Source of the DNA: an uncultured Candidatus Actinomarina sp.
GTDB taxonomy: Bacteria > Actinomycetota > Acidimicrobiia > Actinomarinales > Actinomarinaceae
Assembly: GCA_902580215.1 (NCBI GenBank)
Contig: CACHJT010000005.1
Coordinates: forward strand, 36,428 to 100,427
DNA length: 64,000 nucleotides
Direction: 5' to 3'
Shown here: positions 57,320 through 64,000 of the stretch, in pieces
How positions within the stretch are numbered: the first letter of the stretch is position 1
How the letters are laid out: each line of letters opens with the position of its first letter
Position numbers and translations under genes: made by a program
Notes under the pieces: model-generated
What the model was told of the DNA's origin: nothing
Databases searched by the model: none
The model's input: the letters and a program-made list of their open reading frames with translations, nothing else

Positions 57320-58755
57320 GATGATGCCTTTAAATATGAAAGAAGGCCGTGCCTTCCGCCTTCTCTTCCAAATCCTGATTCTTTATATCCCCCAAATGGA
57401 GACGAAGGATCAAACTTGTTGAATGTATTAGCCCAAACAACACCTGCATCAAGTCTGTCAGCGGTCCACAATATTTTAGACCCCTTTTCAGTCCATACAC
57501 CAGCTGATAAACCATACTCAGTATTGTTTGCTATTTCAACAGCTTCTTCTGGTGTCCTGAAAGTTAAAGTAGTTAAGACTGGACCAAATATCTCTTCTCT
57601 TGCAATTGAGTAGGAAGGTTGAACATTAGTAAACAAACTAGGCCTAAACCAGAATCCATTACCTGGCAATTCACATTGAGTTTGAAACAACTCGCCACCA
57701 TCTTCTACTCCTTCATTGACCAAACTTGTAATTTTATCTAACTGTTCCTTTGAGTTTATTGCCCCAATATCAGTGTTTTTATCTAATGGATTTCCAACTC
57801 TTAGTGATTGCATTCTTTTCTCTAATTTTTTAACAAATTGATCGTGTATAGACTCTTGAAGAAGCAGCCTACTTCCAGCACAGCAGACATGACCTTGATT
57901 GAAAAATATACCATTAACTACTCCCTCGACGGCTTGATCGATTGCAGCATCTTCGTAAACTATATTTGCAGCTTTCCCACCTAATTCAAGAGTAAGCCCA
58001 ACATCTCTACCAGCTAGTGAATTCTGTATAAGTTTTCCAACTTGAGTAGATCCTGTAAAAGCAATTTTATTTATATCTTTGTGATTAACTATAAGTGAAC
58101 CTGTTGACCCATCTCCTGTAACTATGTTGACAACTCCAGGAGGAAGGCCTGCTTGTTCACAGATTTCAGCGAAAAGTAAAGCGGTTAATGGAGTGGTTTC
58201 TGCAGGCTTTAACACAACTGTATTTCCAGTAGCTAAAGCAGGTGCAATTTTCCAAGCAAGCATCAATAATGGAAAGTTCCAAGGTATTATTTGACCTACT
58301 ACACCATATGGTTTCAAGCTTTTTGTTGCCCAAGAAAGATCTAATTTATCAGCCCATCCAGCAAAATAGAAAAAATTAGCGGCAACCTGTGGTAAATCAA
58401 AATCTCTTGACTCCTTAATAGGCTTTCCACCATCAAGAGATTCTAAAACAGCAAATTCTCTTGATCTTTCTTGTATTAACCTAGCTATTTTAAATAGGTA
58501 TCTTGAGCGTTGATTTGGCGTTAGTTTAGACCAAACCTCAAATCCTTCTTTTGCAGACTTTACAGAACTATTAATATCTTGTTCATTTGATAGTGGGACT
58601 TTTGATAACAATTCTTCAGTTGAAGGTGAAATGGTATTTATATATTTTTTACTCTTTGGTTCTACAAATTTACCACCAATATAATTTGTATACTTTTTTT
58701 TAATTGACACTATGTCTGGTGATTCTATAGATTCTGAGTATTGCCAATCAACCAT
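57316..58755 (-). CDS. Aldehyde dehydrogenase (NAD(P)+)
   Basis: 479 aa. LELGGKAANIV, FFNQGHVCCAGSR (catalytic Cys), EEIFGPV. Confidence 0.9.
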   Translation of the reverse strand: MVDWQYSESIESPDIVSIKKKYTNYIGGKFVEPKSKKYINTISPSTEELLSKVPLSNEQDINSSVKSAKEGFEVWSKLTPNQRSRYLFKIARLIQERSREFAVLESLDGGKPIKESRDFDLPQVAANFFYFAGWADKLDLSWATKSLKPYGVVGQIIPWNFPLLMLAWKIAPALATGNTVVLKPAETTPLTALLFAEICEQAGLPPGVVNIVTGDGSTGSLIVNHKDINKIAFTGSTQVGKLIQNSLAGRDVGLTLELGGKAANIVYEDAAIDQAVEGVVNGIFFNQGHVCCAGSRLLLQESIHDQFVKKLEKRMQSLRVGNPLDKNTDIGAINSKEQLDKITSLVNEGVEDGGELFQTQCELPGNGFWFRPSLFTNVQPSYSIAREEIFGPVLTTLTFRTPEEAVEIANNTEYGLSAGVWTEKGSKILWTADRLDAGVVWANTFNKFDPSSPFGGYKESGFGREGGRHGLLSYLKASS

Positions 58756-58761
58756 CTTAAA

Positions 58762-59700
58762 TCATCCCCTTGGAAAATAATAGCCTGCTTGATAGGCACC
58801 TGTTTTTAGTTTTTTTATTTGTTTTAATACATCATCTAGAAGGCTTGATGCCCCAAATCTAAATAACTCTGGATTCAACCAATCAGATCCCATTTCTTCA
58901 TTTATCATTACTAAATATCGAATGGCATCTTTTGCATCTCTAATTCCTCCAGCTACCTTAATACCAGCCTTTACTCCTGTCAAAGATTCAAAATCTAAAA
59001 CTGACTTAAGCATCACATAACAAGCTTGTCTTGAGGAGCCGATAGACAATTTACCGGTTGATGTTTTTATAAAATCAGAACCAGCAGCTAATGAAATAAG
59101 ACTGGCTTTTCTTATGTTTTCATAAGTTTTCAAATCACCTACTTCAAGTATTGTTTTTAGATGAACATCTTGGCACACCTCTTTTAATGCAACTATTTCG
59201 TCATAAACTTTTCTATAGTCACCCTCAAGAAAAGCTTTTCTATTAATTACAATGTCTATTTCGTCTGCACCAGAATCAATAGCATATTTTGTATCTAATA
59301 ATTTTGACTCCATAGGCACTTGACCGCTTGGAAAATATGAAGATACTGCAGCAACTTTAACATTAGAGTTTTGTACTTTCTCCTTAGCAATAGTAACTAA
59401 AGAAGGATACACACATACTGCTGCAACACTTGGTACTGAGGTGTCTAAAGGGTTAGGTTTAATTGCTTTTGCAACCATTTGAGATATCTTACCTTCAGTA
59501 TCTTCGCCTTCAAGAGTTGTTAGGTCACACATTGTAACAATCATATTTAGTGCTTCTAATTTTGAATCTTTTTTTATGCTTCTTGTTGCAAGTGAGTTTA
59601 CTCTTTCATTTAATCCAACGGAATCAATACGTGATTCGTATACCATTTCCAAAACATTGGACCACTGCATTGAAACATCAGAGATTTTTATATTTCCCAT
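58762..59700 (-). CDS. deoC: Deoxyribose-phosphate aldolase (long actinobacterial-type form)
   Basis: 312 aa. DFIKTSTGK Schiff-base Lys, VKVAGGIR. Confidence 0.9.
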   Translation of the reverse strand: MGNIKISDVSMQWSNVLEMVYESRIDSVGLNERVNSLATRSIKKDSKLEALNMIVTMCDLTTLEGEDTEGKISQMVAKAIKPNPLDTSVPSVAAVCVYPSLVTIAKEKVQNSNVKVAAVSSYFPSGQVPMESKLLDTKYAIDSGADEIDIVINRKAFLEGDYRKVYDEIVALKEVCQDVHLKTILEVGDLKTYENIRKASLISLAAGSDFIKTSTGKLSIGSSRQACYVMLKSVLDFESLTGVKAGIKVAGGIRDAKDAIRYLVMINEEMGSDWLNPELFRFGASSLLDDVLKQIKKLKTGAYQAGYYFPRG

Positions 59701-59741
59701 AATTTTATGCTAAATGATTATATTTTTTTTAGTAGTACTAA

Positions 59742-62700
59742 TTAATCTAACGCCTTGACATTTTCTGGCTTTAATTGAACAGAGTCTTTTTCCACCTCTG
59801 CAATACCGCCGAATACAGCAAACATATTTTCCCAATTATTGAATTTATCTAAAACCTTTTTAGCTGTTTCAGAGTTTGTTTTTTCGATATGAATTTCTAA
59901 CAATGTTTTTAGTTCTAATTTGTCTATGTCAGACATTGTCTTATATTCTGGTGCTGTTTCTGAGATGTATTGTTCAAAGTTCTTTTGTGTTTTTAGGACG
60001 ATTGCTTTACCTCCTGTCATTCCAGCAGCAAAATTAAATCCTATGTTTCCAAGAATGACTAAGGTGCCTCCTGTCATGTATTCTGCACCATGAGCGCTGC
60101 ACCCTTCAACAACGCCAATTGCGCCACTGTTCCTTACTCCAAATCTTTGACCTACTGTTCCAGCAATAAAAAGCTGTCCTCCCGTAGCACCGTATAGAAT
60201 TGTATTTCCAGCAGCATGATATGCTCCTTGCATCTTTCTTCCTTGTGGGATAATCGTAATACTTCCACCCCCCATGCCCTTTGCAACATAATCATTGGCA
60301 TTACCAGTTAATTTCAAATTAATACCATCTCTAATAAATGCTCCAAAGCTTTGTCCAGCTGCGCCAGATAAACTTATTGTTGTTGGGTGCTCTGCAAGTT
60401 TTGAAGATAACTTTCTTAATGTAACTTCTCCGGATAATCTAGCGCCAATACTTCTATCTTCATTTGAAATTGGATATTGAAGAAATGATTTCTCTCCTCT
60501 CTCTACAGATCTAATAACTTCAGAAGTAATTCTTCTTGATAAACGACCTTCACTATGCCTGATAAAACCTGGATGTTTTTCTTCTATCGAAAAGTTCATC
60601 AATATTTTATGAAGGCTTTTAGATAAATCGCTATTTGAAATCTTTAATCCTAAAAGATCTGCTCTACCTAGTAAATCTTCAATGTCGCTTACACCGAATT
60701 TATCTAGATACGCCATGACATCATTAGCTATGAATTTAAATAATTGTACAACTTGCTCAGGAGCACCTGGAAATTTAGCTCTTAGATTTTCATCTTGGGT
60801 TGCTATACCTACAGGGCAGGTATTTTCATGACACTGTCTGACCATTTTGCACCCAAGAGCTAACAAAGGCAGTGTTCCAAATCCAAATCGATCTGCCCCC
60901 AATATAGTTCCGATTATTACATCTTTTGCAGACCTTAGACCACCATCTACTTCAATCAAAACTTTATGTCGCATGTTGTTTTTTACTAGAGCTTGGTGAG
61001 TTTCGCTAAGGCCAAGCTCCCATGGAGATCCAGCGTGCTTAATACTTATCCATGGACTTGCTCCGGTTCCGCCATCACTACCAGCAATTGTAATTATATC
61101 CGCACCAGCTTTTGCTACTCCAACAGCAATTGTTCCAACTCCTGGCTCTGATACAAGCTTTACCGAAACAGGGTTATCTGGATTGAATGTTTTTAAGTCA
61201 TAAATTAATTGCGCTAAATCTTCAATAGAATATATGTCGTGATGAGGAGGCGGAGAAATAAGGGTAACACCTTCAACAGTATGTCGTAATTTTGCAATGT
61301 GTTTATCTACTTTAAAACCAGGTAGCTGACCCCCTTCACCAGGCTTTGAACCTTGAGCCATTTTAATTTGAAATTCTTCAGCAGAAGCAAGATAGTCAGG
61401 CGTAACTCCAAATCTTCCGGATGCAATCTGCTTTATCTTTGAATTCTTTTCATTATCAAACCTCGCTGGATCCTCTCCACCTTCACCTGAACCTGATTTT
61501 CCACCAATTTGATTTATTGCAATAGCCAAAGCTTGATGTGCTTCTTCAGAAAGTGCTCCAAGCGACATTGAGCTAACAGTAAATTTCTTATATAAATCTT
61601 TTAAAGAGTCATCTTCTAGTACTACATTGTTGTTAGTAGTTTCTGGAAGTGAAAATAAATCCCTCAATTGTACGTCATCTCTATCTTCAAGTATTTCAAG
61701 ATAGCTATGCCAGTCTGACAATTCACCAGATCTCACAGCCTTTTGAAGTTTTAAAACAGTTTTTGGTGAAGTTACGTGAGTTTCTGCATCTTTTTTGTGC
61801 TTATAAAAACCACCAATTCCATTCAGAATTTCTGCACGTTCTTCCTGTTGGTATATTCTTAAATTTTTGTTGAAGTGTTCAAACCCATAACCTTCAGTTC
61901 TTGTTTTTGAAAATTTAAACACATTATTAATAATCTCACTATTAAGTCCGATAATTTCAAATAACTCCGAACCTCTATATGACGATATTGTACATATACC
62001 CATTTTTGACATAATTTTTAACAAACCTTTATTCAAAGACTTTCGGTAATTTTCTTGAGCTTGTTCAATAGAAATATTTAGAGTTTCATTTTGAATAGAT
62101 AATTCTCGCACTTTTTCTAAAGCTAAATATGGCCAAACAGCAGAGGCCCCATAAGAAATATGACAGGCAACATCGTGAGAATCCCTTATTTCTCCAGAAA
62201 CTGAAATTAAAGAAGCTTTAAGTCTTATTCCAGCGTCAATTAAATAGTGGTGTACTTTACCAATAACCATCAATGAAGGTACCACAGACTCTCCTGGTTT
62301 TATCCCTCTATCCGAAAATATAATTACTGATTTATTATTCTCTAAAATCTCTGATTTAACTTTTTCACAAATATCATCTAATGCTTCTTCTAATGTCTTA
62401 TTTTCTTTTATAAATGTAGTAGAAATTACAATTGTCTTATTTTTAAGGCTTTTATTTTCAGTTAAAGAGTCGAATGAGGCACCACTTAATATTGGAGAAT
62501 CCAAAGATATTAGATTCGCTTGCTGAGCTGTTTCTTTTAAAATGGATCCTCTCTTACCAAGATATGTTTTTGTAGACATAACAAATCTTTCACGAATCGG
62601 GTCAATTGGAGGATTTGTAACTTGTGCGAATAATTGATGAAAATATCTTGATAATCTAGGACTGTTTTTACTCATGACTGCTAAAGAAGTATCATTTCCC

Positions 62701-64000
62701 ATTGACCCAGTAGGTATATCCCCTTTTAGCATAGGTAATAGAATTAACCTTTCTTCCTCTGGTGTGTATTCATAAAAATCTGAGAGACTCTCTACGTCTA
62801 TTGCATGATCTTTTTCCTCATTAAAAGTTTGATCAACTTCAAGTGGTTTTGAGTTCACCCATTCTATATATGGGTTTTTCTCACTAAGCTTTGTAATTAC
62901 CTGACTTTCATCGAGTAGCTCATCATTTTCAATTCTGTACCTAATAGTTTGTCCAGGCTCCAATTGGGCTGTTTTATAAGCGCCAGCTTCAACTGATGGA
63001 CAGATACCAACTTCTGATGCTGCCAAAACATATCTATCTGAAACCATCCAACGCATAGGTCTTAATCCACTTCTATCTAAACCAGCAATAATATCTCTAC
63101 CATCTGAAGCAACAATTGCTGCAGGCCCATCCCAAGGTTCAGTTAAAAATGAATGGTATTGATAGAATGCCTTTTGTTTTTTGGTAAATCGTGGATTGTT
63201 CTCCCATGCTGAAGGGATAAGCATTTCTTGAGAGTGGGCAAGAGTTCTACCAGATCTAACCAGTAACTCAATTGCATTATCCAGTTGTCCTGAATCAGAA
63301 ATAGATTCATCTATAAAAGGTTTAATTCTCTGAATATCATCTTTCCAATAAGATGACGTAGCATCAACTTCCCTAGCTTTCATCCAGGAATAGTTAGATT
63401 GAATTGTATTGATTTCGCCATTATGAGCCAGCATTCTAAATGGTTGAGCTTTATCCCAAGTTGAAGATGTGTTTGTAGAAAATCTTTGATGAAAAATACC
63501 AAATCTTGTTTTATAAAGGGGATTTCTTAAATCCCAATAAAAATCTGCAGTTTGCTTTGCGGTAAACAGGCCTTTATAAACTACTGTCTTTGAGGAACAA
63601 GAGTTTATATGAATATTTAGGAAATCTATTTCAGCAATTTTTCGTTCTAAAGTTTTTCTAAATAAAAATAACTTCTTTTCAAAATCTTTAGGAGATTCAT
63701 TTTCCGCACTTACAATTCCTTGATAAATTGATGGCTTTGACTCTCTAGCAAGGGTTCCGAGAATTTGTTTATCTGTTGGTACTTTTCGCCAATATAAATG
63801 CTTAATGTTGTATTCTTTAAGTTCATTATTTATTAACTCGATTGATTCATCTATGTTCTTTGGGTCAAAAAAACAAGATATGATTCCAATTTTCTTATTC
63901 GTATCATGTTCAATATTTAATTCAGCTAACTCTGCTCTGATAAGTTCAAATGGAATTTCTGTAAGTACACCAGCTCCGTCTCCTGTTCCATCAGCAAATT
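59742..64000 (-). CDS. gltB: Glutamate synthase large subunit (N-terminus beyond window edge)
   Basis: The reading frame stays open from 63434 to the window end (hand translation FADGTGDGAGVLTEIPF ... FHQRFSTNTSSTWDKAQPFRMLAHNGEINT, the Ntn amidotransferase domain). Followed by FMN/3Fe-4S and GXGXG domains. Confidence 0.95.
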   Translation of the reverse strand, partial: FADGTGDGAGVLTEIPFELIRAELAELNIEHDTNKKIGIISCFFDPKNIDESIELINNELKEYNIKHLYWRKVPTDKQILGTLARESKPSIYQGIVSAENESPKDFEKKLFLFRKTLERKIAEIDFLNIHINSCSSKTVVYKGLFTAKQTADFYWDLRNPLYKTRFGIFHQRFSTNTSSTWDKAQPFRMLAHNGEINTIQSNYSWMKAREVDATSSYWKDDIQRIKPFIDESISDSGQLDNAIELLVRSGRTLAHSQEMLIPSAWENNPRFTKKQKAFYQYHSFLTEPWDGPAAIVASDGRDIIAGLDRSGLRPMRWMVSDRYVLAASEVGICPSVEAGAYKTAQLEPGQTIRYRIENDELLDESQVITKLSEKNPYIEWVNSKPLEVDQTFNEEKDHAIDVESLSDFYEYTPEEERLILLPMLKGDIPTGSMGNDTSLAVMSKNSPRLSRYFHQLFAQVTNPPIDPIRERFVMSTKTYLGKRGSILKETAQQANLISLDSPILSGASFDSLTENKSLKNKTIVISTTFIKENKTLEEALDDICEKVKSEILENNKSVIIFSDRGIKPGESVVPSLMVIGKVHHYLIDAGIRLKASLISVSGEIRDSHDVACHISYGASAVWPYLALEKVRELSIQNETLNISIEQAQENYRKSLNKGLLKIMSKMGICTISSYRGSELFEIIGLNSEIINNVFKFSKTRTEGYGFEHFNKNLRIYQQEERAEILNGIGGFYKHKKDAETHVTSPKTVLKLQKAVRSGELSDWHSYLEILEDRDDVQLRDLFSLPETTNNNVVLEDDSLKDLYKKFTVSSMSLGALSEEAHQALAIAINQIGGKSGSGEGGEDPARFDNEKNSKIKQIASGRFGVTPDYLASAEEFQIKMAQGSKPGEGGQLPGFKVDKHIAKLRHTVEGVTLISPPPHHDIYSIEDLAQLIYDLKTFNPDNPVSVKLVSEPGVGTIAVGVAKAGADIITIAGSDGGTGASPWISIKHAGSPWELGLSETHQALVKNNMRHKVLIEVDGGLRSAKDVIIGTILGADRFGFGTLPLLALGCKMVRQCHENTCPVGIATQDENLRAKFPGAPEQVVQLFKFIANDVMAYLDKFGVSDIEDLLGRADLLGLKISNSDLSKSLHKILMNFSIEEKHPGFIRHSEGRLSRRITSEVIRSVERGEKSFLQYPISNEDRSIGARLSGEVTLRKLSSKLAEHPTTISLSGAAGQSFGAFIRDGINLKLTGNANDYVAKGMGGGSITIIPQGRKMQGAYHAAGNTILYGATGGQLFIAGTVGQRFGVRNSGAIGVVEGCSAHGAEYMTGGTLVILGNIGFNFAAGMTGGKAIVLKTQKNFEQYISETAPEYKTMSDIDKLELKTLLEIHIEKTNSETAKKVLDKFNNWENMFAVFGGIAEVEKDSVQLKPENVKALD

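Overview
AT-rich (about 30% G+C by eye), very tightly packed (~95% coding) chromosomal segment. It carries about 66 protein genes and 3 tRNAs. I found no rRNA, CRISPR array, IS element, transposase or integrase.

Likely source (inference only): a streamlined low-GC actinobacterium, such as a marine Actinomarinales- or Acidimicrobiia-like lineage. The supporting observations are:
- gene order FAH-gltX-tRNA-Glu/Gln and cysteine desulfurase-mnmA-ligA ... gatCAB;
- F420-type genes (PPOX-class enzyme, CofC/FbiD-like);
- a lipoprotein sugar-binding protein with an Ala/Pro/Thr linker;
- a sugar ABC importer without its own ATPase.

Main blocks:
1. 1-3.3 kb: Cas4/RecB-like nuclease, gdh, and a small phage-type Rad52/Sak-like annealing module.
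2. 4.2-16.8 kb: acyl-CoA catabolic island. It contains a split ACAD10/11-type kinase + ACAD pair, an AbfD-type 4-hydroxybutyryl-CoA dehydratase homolog, thiolase, MaoC, SDR, a second ACAD and an acyl-CoA ligase.
3. 16.9-24.3 kb: maltodextrin locus (malGFE-like, GH13, malQ).
4. 24.3-28.2 kb: minus-strand string RCK/USP-like regulator, CPA2 antiporter, DUF368, tatA (missing from the ORF track), cytochrome c lipoprotein.
5. 28-56 kb: housekeeping genes ychF, folD, aspartate aminotransferase, pyk, gltX + 3 tRNAs, ilvE, gatCAB, dapDE, ligA, mnmA, cysteine desulfurase, murA, pgl.
6. 56.5-64 kb: ALDH pair, deoC, and gltB (5'-truncated by the window edge).

Nothing here is an obvious defence island or mobile element. 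The most interesting candidates are:
- the orphan SSAP module (2213-3291);
- the apparent dual-route 4-hydroxyacyl-CoA catabolic cluster (4173-11438);
- an ALDH paralog lacking the catalytic domain (56492-57319);
- a strongly compositionally deviant malE-like gene (19397-20701);
- a possible structured 5' leader upstream of a DMT transporter (55046-55130).

All functional calls rest on motif recognition by eye. No database search was run.
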